Source of the DNA: a virus
Taxonomy: Duplodnaviria; Caudoviricetes
Reading direction: 5' to 3' (one strand)
Length of the DNA stretch: 64,000 nucleotides
IMG/VR virus record: IMGVR_UViG_2898133256_000001
Location: 28,812-92,811 of that record
Part shown: one piece after another, positions 1-10,067 of the stretch
How positions within the stretch are numbered: the first letter of the stretch is position 1
How the letters are laid out: each line of letters opens with the position of its first letter
Translations under genes and position numbers: made by a program
Notes under the pieces: generated by a model
Database searches by the model: none
What the model was told of the DNA's origin: nothing
What the model saw: the letters and a program-made list of their open reading frames with translations, nothing else

Positions 1-1
1 C

Positions 2-664
2 GCCGAGGTGGACAACTTCATCGAGGCGACGCACTCGGACACCACCGACCAGAAGGCGCTCCAGGTGGCCGGGAAGGCCAAGGCGGTGGGCCGCAAGTAC
101 GCCAACCTGCTCGTCAACGGCACCGGTGCCAATGACGAGTTCGAGGGCCTGCTGGGGCTGGTGAGCGCGGGCCAGACGCTGGTGGCCGGGCCGAACGGCG
201 CCGTCCTCTCGTTCGACTTGCTGGACCAGCTCCGGCAGAAGGTCACCGCGAAGGACGGGAAGCTCGACTTCTACATGATGTCGGGCCGCACCATTCGCTC
301 CTTCAAGAAGCTGCTGCGTGCGCAGGGCGGTGCCGGCATCATCGAGACGGTGGAGCTGGCGGACGGCGTGGAGGAGGTCCTCGTGTACGAGGGCGTCCCC
401 ATCTTCAGGAACGACTGGATTCCCACCAACCAGACGCAGGGCACCAGCACCACCTGCACCTCCATCATCGCCGGGTGCCTGGACGACGGCACCCGCAAGG
501 TGGGCATCGCTGGCCTGCACGCGAAGAAGCAGATGGGCATCCACGTCGCTGACATCGGCGAGGCGGAGCTGAAGGACGAGTCCATCACCCGCGTGAAGTT
601 CTACTGCGGCCTGGCCGTGTTCAGCGACCTGGGGCTGGCGGTGCTCCAGGGCGTGACGGACTGA
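2..664 (+). CDS. Major capsid protein, C-terminal part (5' truncated by window edge)
   Basis: Frame open from base 2; capsid-like motifs (NGTGANDEFEGL, GVPIFRNDWIP, TRVKFYCGLAV); lies upstream of neck genes. Confidence 0.8.
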   Translation, partial: AEVDNFIEATHSDTTDQKALQVAGKAKAVGRKYANLLVNGTGANDEFEGLLGLVSAGQTLVAGPNGAVLSFDLLDQLRQKVTAKDGKLDFYMMSGRTIRSFKKLLRAQGGAGIIETVELADGVEEVLVYEGVPIFRNDWIPTNQTQGTSTTCTSIIAGCLDDGTRKVGIAGLHAKKQMGIHVADIGEAELKDESITRVKFYCGLAVFSDLGLAVLQGVTD

Positions 665-678
665 GCGACGCGCTTCTC

Positions 679-723
679 GGCCGGGCCTGCCCGCGGGGAC
701 TTCCTGCCTGGGTGGGCCCGGCC
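679..723 (+). terminator. GC-rich hairpin after the capsid gene
   Basis: GGCCGGGCCTGCCC...GGGTGGGCCCGGCC inverted repeat; no U-tract. Confidence 0.4.
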
Positions 724-773
724 CTCAACCTCGCGCCCGGCGTGTGCTGGGCGCATTCCCTGTGGAGCAGGAC

Positions 774-1241
774 ATGGCTGGAAACCGACTGACGGTGGAC
801 GTGGCGTTGGTGGGGCCGCGCGAGGGGGATACGTGCAGCCTCGCGGGCTTCGACTTCAAGGACGGAGTGGCCGAGGTGCCGAGACACGCGGCGACGGCCC
901 TTCACATTCTCGGCAAGTACCACAACGCCTTCCAGGTGGACTCGCGCGAGTATGAGGAGGCCCAGGCGAAGTGGGCGAAGGAGAAGGCGAGCGCGGAGTC
1001 CGCCGGCGCTGCGGACCCGAAGCTGGTGTCCGCGCTGGAGGACGCCCAGTCGCACATCGATGCGCAGAACGCGGAGATGGAGCGGCTGCGAGCGCTGCTG
1101 CGTGAAACGCAGGGGCTGGTGCCGAGCGCCGCGAAGGCCCAGGCGACGACGGAGCTGACGAAGGCCCCGGAAGAGCCCGCCCCGGCCGACGCGAAGGGCC
1201 CCAAGGCGCCGAAGGCCCCCAAGGCGCCGAAGGGCGAATAG
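774..1241 (+). CDS. Hypothetical phage head-associated protein with PKA-repeat tail
   Basis: GGAG RBS before ATG 774; coiled coil and PKAPKAPKAPK C-terminus. Confidence 0.65.
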   Translation: MAGNRLTVDVALVGPREGDTCSLAGFDFKDGVAEVPRHAATALHILGKYHNAFQVDSREYEEAQAKWAKEKASAESAGAADPKLVSALEDAQSHIDAQNAEMERLRALLRETQGLVPSAAKAQATTELTKAPEEPAPADAKGPKAPKAPKAPKGE

Positions 1242-1259
1242 GCCGAGGAGCAACCGCCC

Positions 1260-1751
1260 ATGCCCATTGACGCGACGCCGGGCGGCCCTGCCGCCGACTC
1301 GTACTGCACCCTGGTGGAGGCGGACGCCTACCACTCCGCGCGCGCGCACAACGCGGCGTGGGAGTCCGCCACCGTTGAGCAGAAGGAGCGCCACCTGAAG
1401 TGGGCCACGAGCCTCTTGGACACCCACTTCCAGTACCTGGGCGCGCGCGTCAGCGACGCCCAAGCGCTGGCGTGGCCCCGGCGTGGCGTGCGTCTGGACG
1501 GCGTGGACGTGTCGCCCCTCACCGTGCCGCTGCGCTTGCGCGGCGCGGTGGCGGAGTTCGCCTTCCGCCTCATGCCCGAGGACTGGACGGCGGGGCTGGG
1601 GCCCGTGGTGGACCAGGGCGTCCAGGTGGGACCGCTGAAGACGACGGCGGAGACGCACGTGCCCATTCCGGCCCAGGTGGCGCAGATGCTGGCGCCGCTG
1701 GTGCGCCCGCGGCCGGCGGGCATTGGCTCCCTGCAGGTGGTGCGAGGGTGA
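1260..1751 (+). CDS. Head-tail adaptor (DnaT-like phage family)
   Basis: ADSYCTLVEADAYH and QALAWPR motifs; GAGGAG RBS; position. Confidence 0.8.
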   Translation: MPIDATPGGPAADSYCTLVEADAYHSARAHNAAWESATVEQKERHLKWATSLLDTHFQYLGARVSDAQALAWPRRGVRLDGVDVSPLTVPLRLRGAVAEFAFRLMPEDWTAGLGPVVDQGVQVGPLKTTAETHVPIPAQVAQMLAPLVRPRPAGIGSLQVVRG

Positions 1752-2137
1752 GTGCCCAGGCGGACAGGCTGGCGCGCAAGGCTCTCGCGCTGCTGGAGAA
1801 GTACGGGGAGGAGGCCTTCCTCACCCGACGCACGACGGGGGAGTACGACGTCGCCACCTCGGCGCCGGCAGTGACGGTGGCCAGCCATGAAGTGAAGGTG
1901 CTGGTGCTGGCCGACAGCGGGCAGGACAAGGAGGGCGACTCGCTGGCGAAGGGCAGCACGGTGAAGGCCGCTCGCCGCAAACTGCTGGTGGCGGCCGGCG
2001 GCCTGGCCGTAGTGCCGGTGCCAGGTGACGAGGTGGGCCCGCTGGAGGTCCGCACCTGGACAGTCCTCGCGACGGACCCGCCCGTCCAACTCGGCGGGAC
2101 GCCCATCCTCTTCACGCTGCGGGTGGCCTCGACATGA
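1748..2137 (+). CDS. Head closure / head-tail joining protein
   Basis: GTGA overlap with the upstream stop; MSAQADRLARKALALLEKYG; position. Confidence 0.65.
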   Translation: MSAQADRLARKALALLEKYGEEAFLTRRTTGEYDVATSAPAVTVASHEVKVLVLADSGQDKEGDSLAKGSTVKAARRKLLVAAGGLAVVPVPGDEVGPLEVRTWTVLATDPPVQLGGTPILFTLRVAST

Positions 2138-2601
2138 GCACCGTCAAGCGCACGGACGCCAAGGTCCGCAAGGGTGCCAGCTTCTCCCGGCAGGTGGAGG
2201 CCTTCGTCGGCATGGCGAAGGAGCGCGCCAACGTCGTGGTGCGGAAGACAGCCCTCGGCTTGCTCGCCAACGTCGTGGAGGCGTCGCCGGTGGACACCGG
2301 GCGCTTCCGGGGCAACTGGCAGGTGGGCATCGGCGCGCGGCCCTCGGGCACCACGGAGGACTCAGACAAGGACGGCAGCGGCGTCGTCACCGCCGCGGCG
2401 TCCCAGCTCGAGGCCGCGACGCTGGGCAACACGGTGTACGTCACCAACAACCTGCCGTACGCCCGCCGGCTGGAGTTCGGCCACTCGGCCCAGGCTCCAC
2501 GCGGCATGGTGCGCATCACCGTCGCCCGCCTGCGAGAAATCCTCGAGGGGGCGGTGGAGGACGCGAAACAGGGTGGGGGTGGAGGGGGCGGTGGCACGTG
2601 A
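2134..2601 (+). CDS. HK97 gp10-like neck/tail completion protein
   Basis: SPVDTGRFRGNW and NNLPYARRLEFGHSAQAPRGMV motifs. Confidence 0.85.
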   Translation: MSTVKRTDAKVRKGASFSRQVEAFVGMAKERANVVVRKTALGLLANVVEASPVDTGRFRGNWQVGIGARPSGTTEDSDKDGSGVVTAAASQLEAATLGNTVYVTNNLPYARRLEFGHSAQAPRGMVRITVARLREILEGAVEDAKQGGGGGGGGT

Positions 2602-3023
2602 GCACCGTCCTGCTGGACATCACCCAGGCGCTGGAGGCGCGAGTGGTGGAGGTGCTGGAGCCCGTGCTGGGCCCCGGCCACCTGGCCTTCCCCAACGTGC
2701 CCTTCACCCCGGTGGCGGGCACCCCTTGGGCGAAGGTGGACCACCTGCCGGCGCGCACCGCGGCGGGCAGCGCGGGCGTGGACGCGTACACGCGCCGCCC
2801 CGGCGTCCTCCAGGTGTCCCTCTTCTTCCCCCTGGGCGCGGGGACAGCTCCTTCCCTCATTGCCGCCCAGGCGGTGTGTGACGGCTTCAAGCGGGGCACC
2901 ACGCTGGCGCGCGGGGACACCACCGTCCGCGTCCAGTCCGCCTCCGTCGCCCCGGGTTTCCGCGACGAGCCGTGGTGGGCGGTGCCTGTCTCCGTCTGGT
3001 GGTTGGTGCACTCAATCGACTGA
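2598..3023 (+). CDS. Tail terminator (DUF4128-like)
   Basis: GTGA overlap; AFPNVPFTP, GVLQVSLFFPLGAG motifs; directly before the tail tube. Confidence 0.75.
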   Translation: MSTVLLDITQALEARVVEVLEPVLGPGHLAFPNVPFTPVAGTPWAKVDHLPARTAAGSAGVDAYTRRPGVLQVSLFFPLGAGTAPSLIAAQAVCDGFKRGTTLARGDTTVRVQSASVAPGFRDEPWWAVPVSVWWLVHSID

Positions 3024-3051
3024 GCCGCCACGAGCGGCAGGAGGTACTCAC

Positions 3052-4203
3052 ATGGCTTCTTCGGCTTCAGGGCAGCGCACCGCCGTGCGCTTCGTCGCGG
3101 AGGGCGACTACGGCGTCCCCGCCAGCACCACGTACCAGGCGCTCCGCTTCACCGGCACCAGCCTCAACCTCGGCAAGGAGACGTTCCAGTCCAACGAGAT
3201 TCGGGCGGACAGGCAGGTGGCGGACCTCCGCCACGGCATGCGGAGCGTGGCCGGGGACGTCTCCTTCGAACTCTCCCGCCTCACCTTCGACGAGCTGCTC
3301 GCGGGGGCGTTGGGCGGCACCTGGGAGGCGGTGACGACGGGCGCGGTGTCGCTGGAGGCGGACGCGGATGACGAGTCCTTCGTCCGCACCACCGGCAGCT
3401 TCCTCGCCGAAGGCTTCCTCCCGGGCGACGAGGTGTCCGCAACCGGCTTCGCGACGGCGGGCAACAACGGCCGGGCCAAGGTGGTGTCCGTCACCCCGCT
3501 GTCCCTCACCGTGGACAAGGCGCTCGCCGCGGACGCCGCAGCGGCGGCGCGCACCGTGGCCCTGGTGGGGCGGCGGTTGAAGAATGGGACGCTGCTGAAG
3601 ACGTACAGCATCGAGCGCGCCTTCACCGACATCGGCCAGTACCTCCTGTACCGGGGCTGCGCGGTCAACGGGCTGAAGCTCTCCATCCAGCCCGGGGAAA
3701 TCGTCACCGGCAGCGTCACGTGGTTGGGCAAGGACATGGTGCAGGCCACGGCCTCGCATGCCACCACCCTCACCCCGCCCGGCACCGGCAGCCCCTTCGA
3801 CGCCTTCACCGGCGCGTTGCTGGAGGGTGGGGTGGTGGTGGCCAACGTCACCGGCGTGGAGCTGGACATCAGCAACGGCCGCACCACCAAAGGCGTCGTC
3901 GGCCAGGCGTCGCCCACCGAGGTGCATGAGGGCGGCTTCGGGGTGTCCGGCACCCTCAGCGCCTACTTCCAGGACGGCACCCTCCTCAACCGCTTCATCG
4001 ACGAGGAGGAGTCCTCCCTCGAGGTACTGCTGCGGGACGTCAACGGCGTGGACTTCCACCGGCTGTACATCCCCCGCCTCAAGTACACGGGCGGTGACTT
4101 GGACAACCCGAAGGAGGGCCCCGTCGTCGTCTCGCTGCCCTTCACCGCGCTCCTCGACTCCGTGTCCGGCGCCACCCTCGTCTACCAGCGCAGCAACGCG
4201 TAG
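3052..4203 (+). CDS. Major tail tube protein
   Basis: GGAGG RBS; FQSNEIRADRQ, TYSIERAFTDIGQY, VSGTLSAYF motifs. Confidence 0.85.
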   Translation: MASSASGQRTAVRFVAEGDYGVPASTTYQALRFTGTSLNLGKETFQSNEIRADRQVADLRHGMRSVAGDVSFELSRLTFDELLAGALGGTWEAVTTGAVSLEADADDESFVRTTGSFLAEGFLPGDEVSATGFATAGNNGRAKVVSVTPLSLTVDKALAADAAAAARTVALVGRRLKNGTLLKTYSIERAFTDIGQYLLYRGCAVNGLKLSIQPGEIVTGSVTWLGKDMVQATASHATTLTPPGTGSPFDAFTGALLEGGVVVANVTGVELDISNGRTTKGVVGQASPTEVHEGGFGVSGTLSAYFQDGTLLNRFIDEEESSLEVLLRDVNGVDFHRLYIPRLKYTGGDLDNPKEGPVVVSLPFTALLDSVSGATLVYQRSNA

Positions 4204-4266
4204 CCCCTCCCGCTCGTGGCGCTCGCCGCGGGCACACACCCTCGTTGTTCCCGAAGGAGCACCTCC

Positions 4267-4707
4267 ATGAACGGACCCACCGGTTTCGACCTTTCCTCCA
4301 TCCAGCACCGTGACACCTCGGTGGTGGAAATCCGCCACCCCGTCACCGCCAAGCCCGTCGGCGTCCAGGTGGAGGTGGCCAGCGCCGACTCCTCCCTCGT
4401 CCGCGAGGCGGAGCGGGAGCTGCGGGAGCAGTCCCTGGCGCGCTACCAGCTCAACCGCGGTGCCGCGCTGACGGCGAAGGAGATGGAGTCCGACGCGCTG
4501 GAGTTGCTGGTGCGCCGCACCGTCTCCTGGAGCGGCGTGCTGGAGGGTGGCAAGCCTCTGGCCTACACCCCGGACAACGCCCGGCGCCTGTACACCTCCC
4601 TCCCGTGGCTGCGCCGCCAGGTGGACGAGGCGTGCGCGGACCGCGCCCGTTTTTTCGTGGACTCGGTGAGCAGCTCCTCGGCTTCGCTCGCCACGAATTC
4701 GGACTGA
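4267..4707 (+). CDS. Tail assembly chaperone G
   Basis: AAGGAG RBS; IRHPVT...YTPDNARRLY..LPWLRRQVD..RARFF; lies between tube and tape measure. Confidence 0.85.
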   Translation: MNGPTGFDLSSIQHRDTSVVEIRHPVTAKPVGVQVEVASADSSLVREAERELREQSLARYQLNRGAALTAKEMESDALELLVRRTVSWSGVLEGGKPLAYTPDNARRLYTSLPWLRRQVDEACADRARFFVDSVSSSSASLATNSD

Positions 4708-5012
4708 GCCGGGCCCCGGAGGGCAGTGACGTCTCCCTCCGGGCCCACCTGGAGCAGGTGGCGAAGGCGACGGGGCAGGTGCCGGCGGAGCTGGTGAACG
4801 AGTACGAGCTTCCGGCGGCGCTCGCCCACGTCTGGGAGTGGTTCTGCGAGCTGAGTGGCGCGCGTGGGGCGGGCATGTACTCGCTCGCCCCCATCACCTT
4901 CCAGGACATCGCGGCATGGGCCCGGCTCACCGGGCACCGACCCTCACCCGCGGAGGTGGGGCTGCTTCGTCAGCTCGATGACGTCTTCCGCGAGGAGCTG
5001 AACCCGAAGTGA
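4650..5012 (+). CDS. Tail assembly chaperone T (-1 frameshift extension, GT fusion)
   Basis: Slippery T TTT TTC at 4650-4656; -1 frame encodes HVWEWFCEL...PITFQDIAAWARLTG...LLRQLD. Confidence 0.82.
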   Translation, partial: FFRGLGEQLLGFARHEFGLSRAPEGSDVSLRAHLEQVAKATGQVPAELVNEYELPAALAHVWEWFCELSGARGAGMYSLAPITFQDIAAWARLTGHRPSPAEVGLLRQLDDVFREELNPK

Positions 5013-5037
5013 CGAGGTGGCGGTGCTGCTGCAACTC

Positions 5038-5478
5038 CTAGTTCTGAAGTGGTTGCTCGGCCTTCTTCTTCTCCTCCTCGGCTCGCTCCTTGGCTGCGAG
5101 GTCCGCCATGACGGCGTCGATGCCGCGGAGCTCGGACACGGGCTTCGTCATCTCGATGCCCGTGTCTCGGTCCCGGAACCCGACGTGTGTCCATCCCTCT
5201 TTCTCCATTTCCTCCTTGCCACCGTCGTAGTTCGGCATCTCCTTCATCATCGCGGCTCGAATCTCGTTCGGGTTCGTCGAGCCGAATGGCTGGATGCGGA
5301 GGATTGTTGTGTGGTGCTTCCCCGCGGTGGCCCAGCGAAGCTGTGGGGTACCCGCAGTGTCGTTGCTCTGCTGGATCATCTGGATCCGTTTTGCTTCGAG
5401 CCGTTTTGCTTCCTCCGTGCGGAGGTCACAAGCAGCGACGAGAAGAGACACGGCCAGGAGGGCGTAGGGCGCACGCAT
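5038..5478 (-). CDS. Antisense cargo lipoprotein
   Basis: MRAPYALLAVSLLVAAC lipobox; inserted between chaperone and tape measure. Confidence 0.65.
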   Translation of the reverse strand: MRAPYALLAVSLLVAACDLRTEEAKRLEAKRIQMIQQSNDTAGTPQLRWATAGKHHTTILRIQPFGSTNPNEIRAAMMKEMPNYDGGKEEMEKEGWTHVGFRDRDTGIEMTKPVSELRGIDAVMADLAAKERAEEEKKKAEQPLQN

Positions 5479-5569
5479 GGGGCAGGAGGCGAACACAGCC
5501 CGGGCCAGGTGGTCCACTGGTCGCGCGTTCAGTCGGGCGGCTACAGCCCCTCGCTGACGGGAGGCGCCC

Positions 5570-8500
5570 ATGTCTGAGGGGGTCGACCTGGCGGAGTTGT
5601 CGATTCGCATCGACACCTCGGAGTCCGCCGCCGGAGTGCAGGGACTCAACGACCTGACGAAGGCATCCGAGAAGACGGAGACGGCCACCAAAAAGGTGGA
5701 GACGGCCAGTGAGCAGTTCCAGCGCGAGATGGCGCGGATGCACAAGGAAGTGGAGGCCAACGTCAGGGCCTTCGAGGAGATGCGCAACAAGTTGAAAGAT
5801 TTGGAACGAGTGACTGCGCTCGCGAAGACCTTCGACGCCGCGGCGGAGGCCGCGAAGCGGTTTCAGAAGTCGATGGAAGACACGAAGGTGTTGGACGCCT
5901 TCAACGAGAAGCTGAAGCAGTTGGAGGGCTCGGCGGGCCGCCTCACGTCCGCGTTCGGGGACACGGGCACCATCCACCGGTTCATGAACGAGCTGAACAA
6001 GGCCTCGTCTGCCATGTCGAAGATGCAGGACGACATGCGCGCCGCGAAGTCCATCCAGGAGGTGGCGAAGGCAGCGGACCTGGCGAAGTCGCCCGTGGAA
6101 CAGCTTACGAAGGGGCTCGGGGGACTCGCCGGCAACGTCATGGGCATGGTGGCAGTGGGGGCGACGTTCCGCAGCGTCACCACGGAGGCCATGGGGTTCT
6201 CCACGGCCATGGCGCAGGTGAGCACTCTGCTGGAGGACGACCAGCTCGGAATGATGGGGCAGCTCGCGGACAGCGCGAAGCGCCTGGGGGCGGAGTTCGG
6301 TCGAGGGCCCACCGACCAGGCCAAGGCGTTGTACGAAATCATGAGCGCTGGTGCGGCGGACGCGGCGAAGGCCACGGAGATGCTCGCTGTCGCCAACAAG
6401 CTCGCCATCGGCGGCGTGACGGATGTGAGCGTCGCGGCGGACGGACTCACCAGCATCATGGCGAGCTACGGAAATCAGCTCCGTAACGCCACCCAGGCCG
6501 CCGACGCCATGTTCATCTCCGCTGCTGACGGGAAGACGTCCATCGAGACCATCGCCCGGCACATCGGCAAGGTGGCGCCCATCGCGTCGCAGACGGGCGT
6601 GTCCCTTCAGGAGTTGCTCGCGGCGAATGCGGCGCTCACGAAGGCCGGTATCAAGACGGAAACGGCCATGGAGGGCGTCCGGAGCATCCTCGCCCAGGTT
6701 GCCAAGCCCTCCGGCGAGGCGGCCATCCTCGCGAAGGAGCTGGGCATCCAGTTCGACACCGCGGGGCTGAAGTCCAAGGGGCTTTCGGGCTTCCTCCAGG
6801 ACATGAAAGACAAGACGGGTGGTAGCACCGAGTTGCTCGCCGCTCTCGTCGGCGGCGTCGAGGCGCTACTCCCCGCGATGACCCTCTCGGGGACGGCCTC
6901 GGCGGACTTCGCCGCGTCGCTCCGGCACATGGAGACGTCGGCGGGAAAGACGGAGACCGCCTTCCGGAAGATGGCGGAGACGCCGCAGATGAAGGTGGAC
7001 CAACTCCGAGCGCGCTTCGCCGCGCTGCGCATCGAGGTGGGCGAGGACCTGCTCGGAACCATCTCGCCCGCCATGGACGGACTGCTGCGCAACTTCGACG
7101 AGGTGACGACGGCCGCGCGCTATCTCGGCCAAGCGGTGGCGGTGATCGCCGCGGCGCGCGTGGTCTCCTGGGGCCAGGAGTGGACGAAGGCGCTGTATGA
7201 AAAGGCCGCTGCGGCGAAGAAGGCGAGGGAGGCGGTCGTCGAGGCCGCACTGACTGAGTCGCTCTACAAACGCGTCCAGGGGGAGAGCCGGGCCGAGTCG
7301 TTGAAGAACGCGATGGCCCAGCTTGAAAAGCGGCAGGCCACGCTACAGACGGCGGCGGCGCTCGAACTCTCAATGACTGCCTCCCGCAAGGCGGCCATTG
7401 AGTCCAATCTGTTGGCGCAGGCGAAGGTGCGCGAGGCGATTGCCATCGAGGGGGCGACGTTCGCCACCCGGGCGGGGTCTGCCGCGCTGGCAGCCATGGG
7501 CGGCCCCATCGGAGTGGTCGTCATCGCGCTTGGCGCGGCGGTCACCGCTTTCGCCGAGTTCGGGCGGGCCGCGGAGGAGGCCCGGGAAAAGGCAATGCAG
7601 CACGCCCAGGAGTCAGCCGCTGCGGTTGGGCGTGGCGCACAAATCGTAGTGGACCTCATGAAGCAGACAAAGGCTATGGAGGGCCAGACGAAGGCAGTTG
7701 ACGACCAGCGAAAGGCATTGGAACTGCTCGTCATTGCAAAGGAAGAGGTCGGCGCTCTTGGCGGGAAGTACCAAGACCTTCTGACGAGCGAGGTCGACAC
7801 AGTTGGAGAACTTAGATCCGTCGTTCGGGCGGTCGCAGATGAGGACTTGAGGGTCGCCCAGTCAGAGGTTGCGCGACTGTCTGCCGCAGTGAAGGAGAAG
7901 CAGAACCTCATCGTCTCTGTGAATTGGAGGTGGGCTGGTCGAGGGAAGCCGTTCTCCGAGGTTCGGAAAGACTCGCGGTTCGCCGAGCAGATCGAAGAAA
8001 AGCTCGTTCCCTTGGAGAAGGAACTCGCTGTTCACCAGCAGCGCGCCGCTGAAGTCCAGAAGGCCCTCCTTTCGATAGAGGAGGCGGCGAGGGAGGAGGC
8101 CAAGCTGGCCGACAAGGTTGCCGGCGCCCATGGCCGCGTGGGAGCCGCAGCCACGAAGTCGGCTACCGAGATGATTGACGCGGCCAAGGCTAAGGATGCG
8201 GAGGCGAAGAAGGCCACGGCGTGGCTGGAGAAGCTGGAGGAGGACGTCCGGGGTATCGGGAAGACGAAGGCGGGCGCCCTCAACCAGTCGGACGAGTACA
8301 AGGCGCTCACGGAGGAGCAGAAGAAGCTCGCCGACGCGGCCATTGCGAAGCTCCAGGACGCTGAGGCCACGAAGAAGCAGGCCCAGGCGCGGGACGAGCT
8401 GGCGAAGAAGTCCGTGAACTGGCTGCAGCGCATCGAGGAAGAGGCGCGTGCCGTCGGAAAGGCGAAGGCGGAGGCGCTCAATCTCACCGACGAGTACAAG

Positions 8501-9463
8501 GCGCTCTCCGCCGCGCAGAAGAAGCAGGCGGACGTGGCCATCGCGAAGCTGCGCGAGGCGGAGGTCGCGAAGGAACTCGCCAAGGCCGAGGAGAAGCGCG
8601 TCCAGGTGCTCCAGGAGCTGAACCGAGAGCTCGGGGACCCGGCGAGCTCGAAGTACATCGAAGCTCAGCAGGCCCTGCGCGCGGAGGTGGAAGCCCACCG
8701 CCTCCCGTTGGAGCAGTATGCCGAGTTGCTCTCCAAGGCGCGGGCACTGTGGACGCCGGAGGGGCGCGCGGAGGCCCAGCTTGCGAAGGAGCTGGAGCAG
8801 TTGGAGAAGCAGCTCAACCCGCTGGCCGACGCGCAGAAGCGGATGGAGGCCGTGCAGAAGCTCTTCGACAGCCAGCGCATCAGCGCGGCGGCGTACCGGA
8901 AGGAGGTGGCGAAGCTCCAGGAGCAGCTCTCCGCGGGGTTCGCGACGGCCCAGGAGTCCGTCTCCATCGCGGCCCAGCACATGGAGGACGCCTTCGTCAC
9001 CTTCGCCACCACCGGGCAGTTCAGCTTCCGGTCCATGGTCGACGGCATGCTGAAGGACCTGGCGCGCCTGCTGGCCCACAAGGCCTTCGTCGCGCTGGTG
9101 GACACGGCCACCACGGCGCTCGTCGGCGCGACGGCGTCACCGGCCGGCACCTCGGGCGGGGCCGCGCTGGGTGGGGCTGGGAAGCTGAGCCTGGGAAGTG
9201 GGGCACCCCAGGCTCCGAAGCTCTACGTGCCCAGCAAGGCGGACATCCTTCCGCCGGCTGGGGAGGGTGGGGAGCAGGTCACCGTCTCGGTGGTCAACCA
9301 CTTCGGCCAGGACGGCTCGGTGACGTCGGAGGTGCAGTCGTCGGGCGGGAGGGCCGACGCCGAGCGCATGGCCCGCGGACTGAGCGTGGCCATCCGCAAG
9401 GCGCTCCTCGAGGAAATGCAGCCCGGCGGCTCCATCTACAATTTCACGGCGCGGCGGCGGTGA
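5570..9463 (+). CDS. Tail tape measure protein (TP901-like core)
   Basis: 1297 aa, Ala-rich and helical; AKALYEIMSAG, GKTSIETIA, GVSLQELLAA motifs; position. Confidence 0.95.
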   Translation: MSEGVDLAELSIRIDTSESAAGVQGLNDLTKASEKTETATKKVETASEQFQREMARMHKEVEANVRAFEEMRNKLKDLERVTALAKTFDAAAEAAKRFQKSMEDTKVLDAFNEKLKQLEGSAGRLTSAFGDTGTIHRFMNELNKASSAMSKMQDDMRAAKSIQEVAKAADLAKSPVEQLTKGLGGLAGNVMGMVAVGATFRSVTTEAMGFSTAMAQVSTLLEDDQLGMMGQLADSAKRLGAEFGRGPTDQAKALYEIMSAGAADAAKATEMLAVANKLAIGGVTDVSVAADGLTSIMASYGNQLRNATQAADAMFISAADGKTSIETIARHIGKVAPIASQTGVSLQELLAANAALTKAGIKTETAMEGVRSILAQVAKPSGEAAILAKELGIQFDTAGLKSKGLSGFLQDMKDKTGGSTELLAALVGGVEALLPAMTLSGTASADFAASLRHMETSAGKTETAFRKMAETPQMKVDQLRARFAALRIEVGEDLLGTISPAMDGLLRNFDEVTTAARYLGQAVAVIAAARVVSWGQEWTKALYEKAAAAKKAREAVVEAALTESLYKRVQGESRAESLKNAMAQLEKRQATLQTAAALELSMTASRKAAIESNLLAQAKVREAIAIEGATFATRAGSAALAAMGGPIGVVVIALGAAVTAFAEFGRAAEEAREKAMQHAQESAAAVGRGAQIVVDLMKQTKAMEGQTKAVDDQRKALELLVIAKEEVGALGGKYQDLLTSEVDTVGELRSVVRAVADEDLRVAQSEVARLSAAVKEKQNLIVSVNWRWAGRGKPFSEVRKDSRFAEQIEEKLVPLEKELAVHQQRAAEVQKALLSIEEAAREEAKLADKVAGAHGRVGAAATKSATEMIDAAKAKDAEAKKATAWLEKLEEDVRGIGKTKAGALNQSDEYKALTEEQKKLADAAIAKLQDAEATKKQAQARDELAKKSVNWLQRIEEEARAVGKAKAEALNLTDEYKALSAAQKKQADVAIAKLREAEVAKELAKAEEKRVQVLQELNRELGDPASSKYIEAQQALRAEVEAHRLPLEQYAELLSKARALWTPEGRAEAQLAKELEQLEKQLNPLADAQKRMEAVQKLFDSQRISAAAYRKEVAKLQEQLSAGFATAQESVSIAAQHMEDAFVTFATTGQFSFRSMVDGMLKDLARLLAHKAFVALVDTATTALVGATASPAGTSGGAALGGAGKLSLGSGAPQAPKLYVPSKADILPPAGEGGEQVTVSVVNHFGQDGSVTSEVQSSGGRADAERMARGLSVAIRKALLEEMQPGGSIYNFTARRR

Positions 9464-9494
9464 GCAGAGGGGACTCCAGGAGGTGCGACGACGC

Positions 9495-10067
9495 TCACTC
9501 AGAGGCGCGTGATGCGCGCCGCAAAGCTTTCTCGTGCTGCTGCCGGGTGAGGTTGCGCCACATTTCTTGGAGCGATACGGCGGGGTCGACTGGCGCGTAT
9601 CCCGAGGAGAAGACGTGGAACTCCGACTCAAGTTGCGCAGCGAGCGGCTCCTCTAGAATTCGCCACTCCTGTTGGGCTCGGCGTAGCCCGTCGCGCCGCT
9701 CTTCCGCTTGGCGAATAGACATCGCATTCTGAGCAGGCTCTTGTGATTGCGACGACAGCTCGTTTTCGATTTCGGCAAGCTCGTACTTGGCGCTCTCTGG
9801 GGTGATGCGAGTCTCCCAGCGCCCGACGCCGCTCCTCCGGAGATGGTGGAGGCTGTGTGACTCCGTAGGGGGCCAATCGTTGACGTGGTAGCTGTAGAGC
9901 ATCGTCATTTCGACGAAGTCGAACATCCAGGTGTCCACGAAGACGTCGTGGCGCCTCCAGTGTTCGACTCGGCGAAGGGCCAAGGAAGTTTCGGCACGGA
10001 GCCCCTGGTTCATTTTCCAGAACATCCAGCCGATGACTGCTGCGATGACGCCCCACTCGATGCTCAT
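9495..10067 (-). CDS. Hypothetical cargo protein with N-terminal membrane anchor
   Basis: 190 aa ORF, hydrophobic N-terminus, codon usage unlike phage genes. Confidence 0.55.
   Translation of the reverse strand: MSIEWGVIAAVIGWMFWKMNQGLRAETSLALRRVEHWRRHDVFVDTWMFDFVEMTMLYSYHVNDWPPTESHSLHHLRRSGVGRWETRITPESAKYELAEIENELSSQSQEPAQNAMSIRQAEERRDGLRRAQQEWRILEEPLAAQLESEFHVFSSGYAPVDPAVSLQEMWRNLTRQQHEKALRRASRASE

Noticed and set aside
1195-1236. AAGGCGCCG/AAGGCCCCC repeats
   Set aside because: Simply encode a PKA low-complexity tail
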